Shown: positions 18,070-27,611, counted from the stretch's first letter. The stretch is 58,418 bases of DNA from Nanobdellota archaeon (GCA_030699455.1 JAUYMN010000013.1:1-58418), one strand, 5' to 3'. Translations and numbers: made by a program. Notes: generated from the letters alone by a model not told the origin.

Positions 18070-19800
18070 TTATGCTAAAACTTCTTCAAAAGCCGATTTA
18101 CAGTCAGCTATTCTTGATAAACCACTCCCCGAATACACGCTTTCAAGTTTGCCAGCATGATAAAAAAATCTTTCAGCATAGTGCTTTTTTGTTTTTTCTG
18201 ATTCATATCCATCAGCAAACCGTGCAGAACTTCCAAATAACTGTAGATTCCTTAAAATGCCGTTAACATGCATATCTCTTAAGGATTCTTCAGTAGAACT
18301 TACAGCTCCTGAATCTGCAACATTTTCAACATATCTCATAAAAAGAGCCTCCCTATTCAAGTCTTCAAGAATTCCCATGCACACATGATTGTCTATTAAT
18401 GTAACGGGGTCTGCGTAAGGGGAGCCAACTTTTGCATCAGCATTGTCAATTATGCAAATATCTCCCATTTTATTAACAACAATGTTTCCAGGGTGTAGAT
18501 CATCGTGCCTGAGACAAACAAGCCCATTTTTTGATTGGTCAGCCAAATATCTTATATTATTTACTAATACTTCACAAGAATCTTTTTTATCGGGGGAAAT
18601 TTTATCTAAGAATTTTCTTTTTAAAACAGAATAATCATCCACACTTCCAAAAAGTCTTATCGCATCTTCAATTCTATCACGTGATTTAAGATGCAGAAGC
18701 AACACAGTATCAAGACTTTTTTCAATTAGGGAGTATGATTGATCATTAATTTCATTGTCAATATAGTCTTTCAATGTAAAATTACCAGCCCTTCTCATGA
18801 CAACTAAAGGGGGATTGCTTTCCAGGTCAACAGAAACAGGGGTTTCAAAACATTTTTTATCTTTTCCAGCAATCTCCTGTATAAAACTTTCCTTCTCAAA
18901 CATGCTTTCTAAATCTTTTTTATCCCCATATTTAAACACAAAAATATTTCCAAGAAGTTTTGAATTATGTGTTTTTACAGGTGTTTTTAACCCTCCATTG
19001 ATTTCGCTAAGAGAAGAGTCATCAAGGCTAAGCTCATTAGCAGATTGTCTAAAAGCCTCTCTGGATTCTTCAAGCATACCTCTGGTTTCAAGGAATGAAC
19101 CTTTTGCGCACAATGTTGTTAATCTTTCATCTTGTGTTTTTGCAAGTCTTAATGCCCTATCGAAAGCCTTTTCACAAGATTTATCATTATGTGATACTGC
19201 AAGAATTGCAGCTTCTCGTACCAACCCAAAAGAAGTGGTGCCCTTAAGTCGCTGTATAGGAGAATCAAATATCATAAAACTTGAAATTCTGTCACAAAGT
19301 TTTGTTGATAGAGTTCTATTATCCTTTCTCTTAGAATATTCAAAAATTTCAATTAGGTTATTAACACCATAATGGCTGTCCTTAATATCCATATTAATTG
19401 TTTCACAAAGTCTAGTGTAAAGTGTGCTGATTCTTTCTGATATATCAACATGCTTTTTAAAAAAGTTAGGATCTTCAGGAGTGGTCTTTCCAGTAATAAC
19501 TCTAAATACAAGAGGCACAGACTCTATAATGTTTTTTGGATGAAAAAACCCAATCATATTTGACACACCAAAAAATCTATGTGTTAAGAAACTATACAGT
19601 GCCACGCCCCCTATTACGGATTCCACATAATAACCAAAACCTGCATCCCTATAGCTCGTCAGAGCAGTTCCACCGGCCCAAAAAGCTCCGCCAGCAATGC
19701 CAGACCACACTTTCCTTCTGAAATAACTTCTGTCTTGCTCAGCAAGTTTTGCCTCAAGACAATCATGCTTAATTCTTTCTTCAAGTATAAGGTTAACCAT
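18070..19800 (-). CDS. membrane-anchored APH/choline-kinase-like (protein-kinase-fold) protein
   Basis: N-terminal hydrophobic segments and a helical-repeat middle. Kinase-fold catalytic loop LRHDDLHPGNIVV plus IIDNADAKVGSPYADP (HxDxxxxN / IDxx motifs). Confidence 0.65.
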   Translation of the reverse strand: MVNLILEERIKHDCLEAKLAEQDRSYFRRKVWSGIAGGAFWAGGTALTSYRDAGFGYYVESVIGGVALYSFLTHRFFGVSNMIGFFHPKNIIESVPLVFRVITGKTTPEDPNFFKKHVDISERISTLYTRLCETINMDIKDSHYGVNNLIEIFEYSKRKDNRTLSTKLCDRISSFMIFDSPIQRLKGTTSFGLVREAAILAVSHNDKSCEKAFDRALRLAKTQDERLTTLCAKGSFLETRGMLEESREAFRQSANELSLDDSSLSEINGGLKTPVKTHNSKLLGNIFVFKYGDKKDLESMFEKESFIQEIAGKDKKCFETPVSVDLESNPPLVVMRRAGNFTLKDYIDNEINDQSYSLIEKSLDTVLLLHLKSRDRIEDAIRLFGSVDDYSVLKRKFLDKISPDKKDSCEVLVNNIRYLADQSKNGLVCLRHDDLHPGNIVVNKMGDICIIDNADAKVGSPYADPVTLIDNHVCMGILEDLNREALFMRYVENVADSGAVSSTEESLRDMHVNGILRNLQLFGSSARFADGYESEKTKKHYAERFFYHAGKLESVYSGSGLSRIADCKSAFEEVLA

Positions 19801-19804
19801 GGAT

Positions 19805-21055
19805 TTAAACTTTCGTTAATGTAAAGAATAACGCAGTGCCTATCACACCTATTATGAGTCCAAATAGAAATGATCCGGCCCCCCCAGTCTGTTTATCTGT
19901 TATCTCCTCCTTTTTAACACCATTATTTTCTTTCTTTATCACTGGATTGTTTACGCTCTTTTCAGTATCCAGCTTAATCTCTTTATTTTCTTCGCTATTG
20001 TCTCTTTTAATAATAAGGCAATTAGAATCTTCATAAATTTTTAATTTGCATCCGGCCTCATCAACTTCACATGTAGTTGGTGTATCTGGGCACAAATCCA
20101 TGTCATCTTCAACACCATCATTATCGCTATCATCAGTTTCTTCAGGAACATACTGCTCTTCTTGTATGTCTATTTTGAATTCAAATGTTTCACCATGAAT
20201 ACCGCCATGGTTATCTTCTCCAGTCAATTCCAGCCTGACATCATATTCTTCTGCGTCATAATCATCTAAATCAATATCAATGCTCACAGTACCAATCTCC
20301 CCGCCACCAACAGATTCATCGCCAGTCTCAGAATCAACAGAGTTATCATCAATGAAAACTTCCAGCTGAACGTTGTTTGAATCAAAATTGAAGCTGTCAT
20401 CACCAAAATTATTTTTATAGCTTACTGTAATTGCCATTCCCTTGTCAATCTCAGGGCTCTTCGTCCCACCCCTGCTTATGTTTATTGGGTCTTCATCATT
20501 AATCTCAATCTCTATTCTGTCATTATAAAACTCTAAGTGGTTCTTAATTTGCACATTTACAGGCACCAGTATCTCTTCGGTTCCAACTTCGCTTCCACCA
20601 CTGCTGTAATTGCTAGCATTTTTAACATCCCCTGTTAATTTTAAGCTACCTTCAAAGATAACAGGATCAAAATCATCATCAATCGCATCAATGCCATCAG
20701 GAACAGTAAACACAACATTAACATTCTTTGACTTATCAAACAATCCATTGCCAAGATATGTTAATCCACTCCAATCGATATCAAAGTCACTTGTTTCAAT
20801 AGGATTACCAGAATCACCAGGAACATAATCAGTAAAACCGATGTTTGTTATATTATAATCAGTATATGTATTGGTCAAAGTAAGAACTTCAGTATATTCT
20901 TGCCCAGGCTTAAGATTGTTATCATCAAAGTCAAAGCTTCCGCTAAATGTGAAATCAGCATATGCAAATCCAATAAACAGAGCCAGGAATAATCCGGAAA
21001 GGCCCAATAATTTCAAATATTTTATGGTCATTTTAACTGTTGATACGAAACCCAA
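19805..21055 (-). CDS. acidic surface protein with TSP3-like Ca-binding motif and C-terminal TM anchor
   Basis: Signal peptide (probable start Met9 at 21031: MTIKYLKLLGLSGLFLALFIGFAYA), DDSDNDGVEDDMDLCPD motif, C-terminal GSFLFGLIIGVIGTALFFTLTKV. Ends 4 nt from the kinase-like gene. Confidence 0.6.
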   Translation of the reverse strand: MGFVSTVKMTIKYLKLLGLSGLFLALFIGFAYADFTFSGSFDFDDNNLKPGQEYTEVLTLTNTYTDYNITNIGFTDYVPGDSGNPIETSDFDIDWSGLTYLGNGLFDKSKNVNVVFTVPDGIDAIDDDFDPVIFEGSLKLTGDVKNASNYSSGGSEVGTEEILVPVNVQIKNHLEFYNDRIEIEINDEDPINISRGGTKSPEIDKGMAITVSYKNNFGDDSFNFDSNNVQLEVFIDDNSVDSETGDESVGGGEIGTVSIDIDLDDYDAEEYDVRLELTGEDNHGGIHGETFEFKIDIQEEQYVPEETDDSDNDGVEDDMDLCPDTPTTCEVDEAGCKLKIYEDSNCLIIKRDNSEENKEIKLDTEKSVNNPVIKKENNGVKKEEITDKQTGGAGSFLFGLIIGVIGTALFFTLTKV

Positions 21056-21095
21056 ACTGGGTTTTTAAGCTTTGCCTGTAGATTTAACCCTAACA

Positions 21096-21103
21096 TTTAT
21101 AAA
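21096..21103 (+). promoter_or_regulatory. TATA box (TTTATAAA)
   Basis: Ends 22 nt before the ATG at 21126. Located in a divergent intergenic region. Confidence 0.5.
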
Positions 21104-21125
21104 TGAACTGACAAGAGAATAATCA

Positions 21126-22979
21126 ATGACATCTAAAGTAGATTTATCTTCAAAAAATGAGTCCATTGATAAAAAAGCTCAGGAAGAATTGCAGAAAAAA
21201 TTAGACCAACTAAAATCAAAAGTAGAGGCATTTAAGAAGAAAGTTATAGCAAAAGAAGGAAAAAAAATAGTCGGTATTTGTATTCTCCCTCCAGAACGCT
21301 TTGAAGAGGTGGTAAACAGGCTGAAAGCAGAAAATCTTACTGAAGAGGATCTTCGCAAGAGAATTGAGGAAGAGAAAAACAAGATAAATGTTCTCGTTCT
21401 TATTGATGACCAGGATACAAAAGACACAAAAGAAAAAATAGAGCTTATAAAAAAGATTGAAGATTACATGAAAAAAACAGCGGCAGATATCGACAAACAT
21501 ATAAAATCGCAATCGATGCTGATGTCAGAAGTAAGAGAGGCATGCTATGATGGAAAATATGAAATATTAAAGCTATTGTCATCTGGTGTTCACATACACG
21601 ATCCAAAAGATGTTCTAGGCGCCATAAAAGTTTCTGAGATACACAAATCAATGGTACTGCAAAGATTTGAGAAGTACATAGTTTCATACATTGCAGTTGG
21701 AAGTTTATTCAGGGGCGATGCATCAAGCCATGATATTGATACTGCAATAATAATAGACGATACAGATGTTAAAAGAATGAGTCGTGCCGAACTTAAGGAT
21801 AAGTTGATGAGCATAATCCGTTCAATGGGGTATGAGGCAAGCTCAATTGCAGGAGTAAAAAAGGTTTTCCACATTCAAGTGTACATATTAACAGATTTTT
21901 GGGATGGAATAAGGGATGCAACACCCGTATTCTTTACTTTCCTAAGGGATGGAATCCCATTGTATGACCGTGGGGTTTTCATGCCTCAAAAATTGCTACT
22001 AAAGATGGGAAAGATAAAGCCATCGCCAGAGGCAATTGAAACGCACATGGATGTTGGTGAAAGGCTGATAGACCGCGCAAAAGGAAAATTGATTGGGATT
22101 GTAGCAGAAGACCTTTATTATGCAGCATTAAACCCATCACAGTCAGCCTTAATGCTTCAGGGTTATCCGCCGTCAACTCCAAGAGAAACAATCAGATTGA
22201 TGGAAGAAATTTTTGTAAAAAAAGAGAAGCTGATTACATTATCAGACATGAAAATATTGAAAGATGCATTTAAGATTTACAAGGACATAGAGCATGGGGA
22301 GCTGAAGGACATAACTGGCAAAGAGATTGATTCATTGATGGCAGCAGTTTCAGAATATGTTAAAAAAATAAAGAAAATAGTTTCAACACTCGAGAAAAAA
22401 TCGTTAAGAGAGCAGACAGCAGCACTTCTTGATTCAATAAACAGGAACCTGGCAAATCTAATGTCTGCCGAAAATCTTCCCACATCAAAGAATGAGTTAA
22501 TGGGTAATTTTTCCAAATTAGTTAAAAAAGGTCACTTTACAAAGGAAGAGCACATTTCATTAAAGAATACAATTGATGAATTAAAAAAGGCATCATCAAA
22601 AGAAGAGGTTGAAAAACTGCGCAGGGAATCTTCAGTTCTTAGAAAGAAATTATCAAGGCATTTGCAGCGTGAAAGGAGCAGGGAAATTGAGCGTGCAAGA
22701 ATCCATATAAAATATGGTGATAAGTATGGTGAAGTTTATTTATTGGATGATTATGCATTTATGGTGGCAGATTTGGATGACAAGAATAAGATAATATCAA
22801 AGTCAAAAATAAATAGGGATGGCAGCCTTGGAAAATCCAGCGGGACAACAATTGAAGATTTGGAAAAGCATCTTGCTTCTGCAGATATCCCAAAAAAAGT
22901 TTTTATCAAGGAGCTCTTGTTTGGAGACCTGAAGAAGGTCTTTGGAAGGGATGTAGAGATATTAATCAATAATCAATAA
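21126..22979 (+). CDS. Pol-beta-superfamily nucleotidyltransferase fused to helical domains and coiled coils
   Basis: 617 aa. Minimal NTase motif GSLFRGDASSHDIDTAIIIDD (GS-x10-DxD), followed by a helical substrate-binding/HEPN-like region and charged coiled-coil segments. Confidence 0.55.
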   Translation: MTSKVDLSSKNESIDKKAQEELQKKLDQLKSKVEAFKKKVIAKEGKKIVGICILPPERFEEVVNRLKAENLTEEDLRKRIEEEKNKINVLVLIDDQDTKDTKEKIELIKKIEDYMKKTAADIDKHIKSQSMLMSEVREACYDGKYEILKLLSSGVHIHDPKDVLGAIKVSEIHKSMVLQRFEKYIVSYIAVGSLFRGDASSHDIDTAIIIDDTDVKRMSRAELKDKLMSIIRSMGYEASSIAGVKKVFHIQVYILTDFWDGIRDATPVFFTFLRDGIPLYDRGVFMPQKLLLKMGKIKPSPEAIETHMDVGERLIDRAKGKLIGIVAEDLYYAALNPSQSALMLQGYPPSTPRETIRLMEEIFVKKEKLITLSDMKILKDAFKIYKDIEHGELKDITGKEIDSLMAAVSEYVKKIKKIVSTLEKKSLREQTAALLDSINRNLANLMSAENLPTSKNELMGNFSKLVKKGHFTKEEHISLKNTIDELKKASSKEEVEKLRRESSVLRKKLSRHLQRERSREIERARIHIKYGDKYGEVYLLDDYAFMVADLDDKNKIISKSKINRDGSLGKSSGTTIEDLEKHLASADIPKKVFIKELLFGDLKKVFGRDVEILINNQ

Positions 22980-23012
22980 ATTTAAAAACCAAATTTATAC
23001 AGAAATAACACC

Positions 23013-23270
23013 ATGGAAGCTATAATTTCTAACTTCAGGCTTGGAAGGCACACAAAGTCTAACAATCACATGATTTTAATAGTTCCCGGCACAGAAACAA
23101 AGGATAAAGCGGAATCCCTTGTCAACAAAAATGTTATCTGGAAGTCTTCTGCAGGAAAAGAAATTCATGGAAAAATAGCGTCTGCACACGGAAATAAGGG
23201 TGCAGTAAGAGTTATATTTGAAAGAGGGATGCCTGGTCAGGCAATAGGGCAGAAGGTGACAATACAATAA
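23013..23270 (+). CDS. rpl35ae: 50S ribosomal protein L35Ae
   Basis: 85 aa. FRLGRHTKSNNHMIL...GKIASAHGNKGAVRVIFERGMPGQAIG is an L35Ae pattern. TTTAAAAA lies 24 nt upstream. Confidence 0.9.
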   Translation: MEAIISNFRLGRHTKSNNHMILIVPGTETKDKAESLVNKNVIWKSSAGKEIHGKIASAHGNKGAVRVIFERGMPGQAIGQKVTIQ

Positions 23271-23271
23271 G

Positions 23272-23796
23272 ATGGCAACACTAAGAACAGGGCATTGCAT
23301 ATCTAAAGTAAGGCGTTCGTATACTAGGAAAAGCAAGTATAGGAAGAAAAATTACATAAGGGCTGTGCCAACAAACAAAATCATAAGGTATGACATGGGG
23401 GAGCTTACCAAACAGTTTCCATATAGGATAGAGATAACTCCAAAATTGCCAATTCAGATAAGACACAATGCACTAGAAAGTTGCAGGCAGATTATCAACA
23501 GAAACTTATTAAGAACATGTGGTTCTGAATATTATCTAAAATTAAACGTTTATCCGCATCATGTAATAAGGGAAAACAAGATGCTTACGGGTGCAGGAGC
23601 AGATAGAATGCAGACAGGAATGCAGCGTTCATTTGGGTCGCCGACATCTATAGCTGCTCAATTAAAAAGAGATCAGGCTGTTTTCACGGTAAAAGTTGAC
23701 AAAGCAAATATAAATAATGCAAAGCACGCATTAAAAAAAGCTGCACCAAGAATGCCAGGTCAATTTTCAATAAAAGTATCTGAAATTAAAAAGTGA
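23272..23796 (+). CDS. rpl10e: 50S ribosomal protein L10e (uL16)
   Basis: 174 aa. YTRKSKYRKKNYIRAVP...RENKMLTGAGADRMQTGMQRSFG matches L10e/L16. Confidence 0.92.
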   Translation: MATLRTGHCISKVRRSYTRKSKYRKKNYIRAVPTNKIIRYDMGELTKQFPYRIEITPKLPIQIRHNALESCRQIINRNLLRTCGSEYYLKLNVYPHHVIRENKMLTGAGADRMQTGMQRSFGSPTSIAAQLKRDQAVFTVKVDKANINNAKHALKKAAPRMPGQFSIKVSEIKK

Positions 23797-23803
23797 TAAT
23801 AAC

Positions 23804-24046
23804 ATGCATTGGAGATTACAAGAAAAGAGATTAGCAGACAGATTATATGATTCTAAAGTAAATCCTTCTTACAAAACACTTGTTGCATTGGAAAATGAAA
23901 TATCAAATGCAATAAAGAGCAGATTATCGGGTGGTAGCCCTTTGGAAAAAGCAGGGGATGATATAACAAACTTTTCAATGCTTAGTCAAGAAGCAGATCT
24001 GTGTAGAAGAACAGCAGTAATGAGTTATATTCAAAGACACAGCTGA
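23804..24046 (+). CDS. hypothetical protein
   Basis: 80-aa ORF immediately after rpl10e. No recognised motif. Confidence 0.4.
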   Translation: MHWRLQEKRLADRLYDSKVNPSYKTLVALENEISNAIKSRLSGGSPLEKAGDDITNFSMLSQEADLCRRTAVMSYIQRHS

Positions 24047-24052
24047 AAAAAC

Positions 24053-24127
24053 TCAGCAAAATTCACAGACATTAGCTTTTTTCTTTCCACTTTTTCCAGA
24101 TTTCTTTTTAACGGGTTTATTTGCCAT
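24053..24127 (-). CDS. candidate 24-aa Lys-rich micro-protein (MANKPVKKKSGKSGKKKANVCEFC)
   Basis: Not in the ORF track. Its ATG lies 22 nt downstream of a TTTATATA box, the same spacing as validated first genes. No other gene exists for that promoter to serve. Confidence 0.25.
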   Translation of the reverse strand: MANKPVKKKSGKSGKKKANVCEFC

Positions 24128-24149
24128 AACAAAATGCAGGTCAAAGAGA

Positions 24150-24157
24150 TATATAAA
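24150..24157 (-). promoter_or_regulatory. TATA box (TTTATATA on minus strand)
   Basis: Plus-strand tatataaa. Lies 22 nt upstream of the minus-strand ATG at 24127. Confidence 0.4.
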
Positions 24158-24221
24158 CTTTTACTTTAACACTCATGCGATCCAAAGCAGTGAGAGTATA
24201 ACATGATGTGTAATAACCAGC

Positions 24222-24821
24222 TTAAGAATAAAACATGCCTGCTAATCTTTTCATAGCTTCTTTTTCATTGTTTCCAGCTATCAGCAAATTTATGGCGTAA
24301 TTAACAGCGCTTTTTTTGGCATTGGATTCAAGCATAAGCTCAATATGCTTTCCGGGAGAGCTAATCTCCATCTCACCGTTATTGACTGCAAGAACATTTC
24401 CAAAATTACTTGATATAAAAATCGATCCTTCATCAAAGTCAGGTATTGCAGTAGACCACATTGTGTAAATGACTATGTCGCCAGGATGATATTCCCGTAA
24501 GGTAATCTTTCTAAAACTACCAGAATTTTCATCTTTAATCATCATAACATCTCTGAAGCATCCTTTAATTACCTGCATAATTCTTCCATTGACATAACAC
24601 CTTGGCCCAATCAACGGTCCAAGAGGCAAACTTTTTTTAACAAGAATTTCTTTCCATAATGGTTCTATTCTGACAATTTCACCTATGTCAAGTTTTTCTA
24701 TGGCATCTTCTATACTAAGACCATCAAGATTAATTCTTGCAACACTGAGAACTCCAGAATTAACAAATCCATCCAGAAAGGTTACACTATCATTTCTTAA
24801 CCTGTCTATCAAATCCCCCAT
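24222..24821 (-). CDS. hypothetical protein
   Basis: 199-aa ORF, soluble, no recognised motif. Confidence 0.5.
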   Translation of the reverse strand: MGDLIDRLRNDSVTFLDGFVNSGVLSVARINLDGLSIEDAIEKLDIGEIVRIEPLWKEILVKKSLPLGPLIGPRCYVNGRIMQVIKGCFRDVMMIKDENSGSFRKITLREYHPGDIVIYTMWSTAIPDFDEGSIFISSNFGNVLAVNNGEMEISSPGKHIELMLESNAKKSAVNYAINLLIAGNNEKEAMKRLAGMFYS

Positions 24822-25122
24822 GCTTTAATAGAGTCTAATATAATATTAAAGATTTTTGCTTATTTGTCAAATAATTATTTACTAATAAGTAATACTACAC
24901 ATTTAAATAAAACCTTATTCCCAAATTATCAGATGCAAATCAATAATAGCAATGTAAACACACAGAATTTCATCACAGCTATTAAGACCTGCATCGTTTC
25001 TAAGATTAAATTCAAATGAAGTGGCTCAAGTCCTTTATTTGTTATTAATTCAGGGGTTGAGCCTTTCATCATTATGAGCATATAGCTCACTCTATCTAAA
25101 AAATAATAGGAGGTACTAGACA

Positions 25123-25329
25123 ATGGTACGCAAATCAGAATTAGTCTCAGATCAGAAAACACTAATGTGCAGATCATGCAGGGAAGAACAACGGCACTAT
25201 CGCATAGGCGATGGCATACTCGACGAAAGTGGAAGGATAATGGCCGAATTCCAGTGCATTGGTTGCATGGAAATAAATCTGATACTGGTTGGCTTGGAAG
25301 AAGATATTGCTTTGGAAGACACGTGGTAA
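25123..25329 (+). CDS. small zinc-ribbon protein
   Basis: CRSC...CIGC pairs. AGGAGG lies 8-9 nt upstream of the ATG. Preferred over the overlapping minus-strand ORF 24929..25177. Confidence 0.45.
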   Translation: MVRKSELVSDQKTLMCRSCREEQRHYRIGDGILDESGRIMAEFQCIGCMEINLILVGLEEDIALEDTW

Positions 25330-25330
25330 A

Positions 25331-25600
25331 TTATATCATCTTTTTTATCACATCAGGATATTCGGGAAAGAACTTTGAGATAATCATAATGCTAAATTTT
25401 TTTTGTATTAATTCTTTTGGTTCCCTTTCCAATAAGAATTCAAAAGATTTTTTTACCAAATCTTCCTTGGAGCACGCAGTGCCAACTAATTTGTTAAAAT
25501 CCTTATCTGAAACCTTGACAATGTGCTCAGTTTTTGTATCATCCTGCACAACAGTCACAAAATATTCATCTTCAGATAACATTTCCACAGTTATTTCCAT
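25331..25600 (-). CDS. conserved hypothetical protein
   Basis: Trimmed to Met5 (MEITVEML). Segment SFEFLLEREPKE...FPEY recalls a small uncharacterised family seen in bacteria and archaea. Last gene of the Cys-rich/M42 operon. Confidence 0.45.
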   Translation of the reverse strand: MEITVEMLSEDEYFVTVVQDDTKTEHIVKVSDKDFNKLVGTACSKEDLVKKSFEFLLEREPKELIQKKFSIMIISKFFPEYPDVIKKMI

Positions 25601-25602
25601 GA

Positions 25603-26631
25603 TTATAAGCAAATTTTAGGAGGATTCTTCATTAAAACTTCAAGAATGTTGATGAGATCAGTTATATCTTTTTTGCTTGCAATGCTTGTAGCAGTATGAA
25701 TATTTCTTACAGCAACACCAACAACACCCAATGGCAACCCCCCCTTTGAAACAGACATATTGAGGGCATCAGTTGTTCCAAATCCACCAACATCAGGCTG
25801 CAGGGATATCTTTAATTTTTTTGCAATTGCAAACAGCCAGTCATTAATGCATTTGGTTGTAATCATCTCAGCATCTTTCATCACAATAACAGGACCTTTA
25901 CAAACACATTTTTTAGTGCTTTCAACATCTCCATCATCAGCTTCAGTAACATCAACAACAATTGCATAATCAGGATCTATTGAATACACGGAAGTTTCCG
26001 CACCATACAAACCAATCTCCTCTTGCACAGTAAAAACATAGTATATGTCTGCTTTGGATTTTCTTAGTCTTTTTGCAAGCTCCACAAGTATATAGCAGCC
26101 AATCCGGTCATCTAAGGCCTTGCCACTTATCATATCAAGTTGGTCTCCCAGCTCCCAGAATGATTTCATAACATAGGCATAATCTCCAATTCTGACACCT
26201 TCTTTCTCGCAGTAATTTTTGTCACCACCAACATCAATATACACGTCACCTATTGCAGGAAGACTTGTCAATTCAATACTGTTTTGTATTTCTCTTGTTG
26301 TTACGACGCCAAAAATCTCTTTTTTGGTGCTTGTCACAATCTTGACCCTTTCTCCTAAAAATGTAACAGGCTCAACACCGCCTATGGCCGCAACAAAAAC
26401 CTTGCCTTCTTTGTCAATGCTTCTGACCATGAGACCAATTTCATCCATATGTGCAGCAAGCATGATAGAAGTCCCACTGCCTTTTTTTCTTGCAATCAGA
26501 TTGCCAAACTTATCAACATACATTTCATCAACATATGGCTTGATTTCTTTTTTAATTATCTGCCTAACCTCTCCCTCATTCCCGCTTGGTGCGTGGGCTT
26601 CACTCAGATTTTTTAATATTTCAAAATTCAT
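25603..26631 (-). CDS. M42 family aminopeptidase (TET/FrvX-like)
   Basis: 342 aa. LSEAHAPSGNEGEV, AHMDEIGLMV, ALDDRIGC, VQEEIGLYGA and final GVAVRNIHT motifs match the M42 family. Confidence 0.88.
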   Translation of the reverse strand: MNFEILKNLSEAHAPSGNEGEVRQIIKKEIKPYVDEMYVDKFGNLIARKKGSGTSIMLAAHMDEIGLMVRSIDKEGKVFVAAIGGVEPVTFLGERVKIVTSTKKEIFGVVTTREIQNSIELTSLPAIGDVYIDVGGDKNYCEKEGVRIGDYAYVMKSFWELGDQLDMISGKALDDRIGCYILVELAKRLRKSKADIYYVFTVQEEIGLYGAETSVYSIDPDYAIVVDVTEADDGDVESTKKCVCKGPVIVMKDAEMITTKCINDWLFAIAKKLKISLQPDVGGFGTTDALNMSVSKGGLPLGVVGVAVRNIHTATSIASKKDITDLINILEVLMKNPPKICL

Positions 26632-26825
26632 TCTACACCTACATACATAACTTTTTCATCACAACATACGGGAACTTCCTCTTCAGTACCGCACATATCG
26701 CAAACTACTTTTCCATTTATTATCTTAACACTGTCTTTTTTACAGCAAAGAGGCAGTTCTATATCCGTACCACACAGACTACATTCAAACTTGCAATGTA
26801 ACACCTTTTCTTTCTTCAAGAACAT
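26628..26825 (-). CDS. Cys-rich small protein with duplicated CxxCGT-x5-P-x-CC unit
   Basis: 65 aa. CSLCGTDIELPLCC and CDMCGTEEEVPVCC. Overlaps the M42 gene start by 4 nt. Confidence 0.5.
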   Translation of the reverse strand: MFLKKEKVLHCKFECSLCGTDIELPLCCKKDSVKIINGKVVCDMCGTEEEVPVCCDEKVMYVGVE

Positions 26826-26925
26826 TCACCTCTTACTAATAAAAAATGGGAATTTATTTAAACCTTTGCCTTAACAAAAAGACCCCAAAACATGCCAATA
26901 AGAGTGTCAAATAGCGCAGGTAAAA

Positions 26926-27600
26926 ATGATAGAGCCAAAATACAGTCCATCAAAGGAGCAGCTGAATGCTTTACCAAACGGGTGCAGATATTACATAGTA
27001 TTGGATGGTCTGCCGGATTTAAAATTTGAGCCTGCTAGTTCAAAATCCAATGATAAGCATGCCAAGGTATATGATGACAACAAAAATTATATCTGGATAC
27101 CCGGACAAACAGCAAAAAACTTGGCACCTGATGAAAAAACACCCCTCCTTGCAGAGATAACAAGGAATAATGATGGCATAATAAGGATAACCTCCATAGA
27201 CTCTCATGCATCAAATCCCACATTGGGAGAAACTCTAGAATCAGCAATAGAAAGGGCAATGGAATTAAACCATGAAATACTTTTAGATAAATTATCAAAA
27301 TCAGACGGAGTTGCAGTTTATCTTATAGATGGACTTTCGGGAATTGCAAGGTTAAGAAATAAACAAGTCCAGGAATCAGATAGAATCCCTCGTCTGCAGC
27401 ATACCAATCTTGCAAAAAGAACAGAATCATACCTTGCATTAGCAGCCAATACTTTAGCTGGATTAATCGGAAGACCTTTCAGTCCATTTTCCATATTAAG
27501 AAATAATAATATAACTATGTATGACAAGAGAACATTAAAACTCCCAGCACCTGAATATGCTAAATTAGTCCAAACCCTATCAGAAAGAATGGCACCATAA
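26926..27600 (+). CDS. hypothetical protein
   Basis: 224-aa ORF, no recognised motif. Confidence 0.5.
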   Translation: MIEPKYSPSKEQLNALPNGCRYYIVLDGLPDLKFEPASSKSNDKHAKVYDDNKNYIWIPGQTAKNLAPDEKTPLLAEITRNNDGIIRITSIDSHASNPTLGETLESAIERAMELNHEILLDKLSKSDGVAVYLIDGLSGIARLRNKQVQESDRIPRLQHTNLAKRTESYLALAANTLAGLIGRPFSPFSILRNNNITMYDKRTLKLPAPEYAKLVQTLSERMAP

Positions 27601-27603
27601 AAC

Positions 27604-27611
27604 TTTAAAAC
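27604..27611 (+). promoter_or_regulatory. TATA box (TTTAAAAC)
   Basis: Ends 21 nt before the ATG at 27633. Confidence 0.45.

Noticed and set aside
21048-21064. Perfect 7-bp hairpin aaaccca-aac-tgggttt in the divergent promoter region between the surface-protein gene and the NTase gene.
   Set aside because: Possibly an operator or 5' structure, but it is a single short palindrome with no second copy or associated regulator. Too weak to call.
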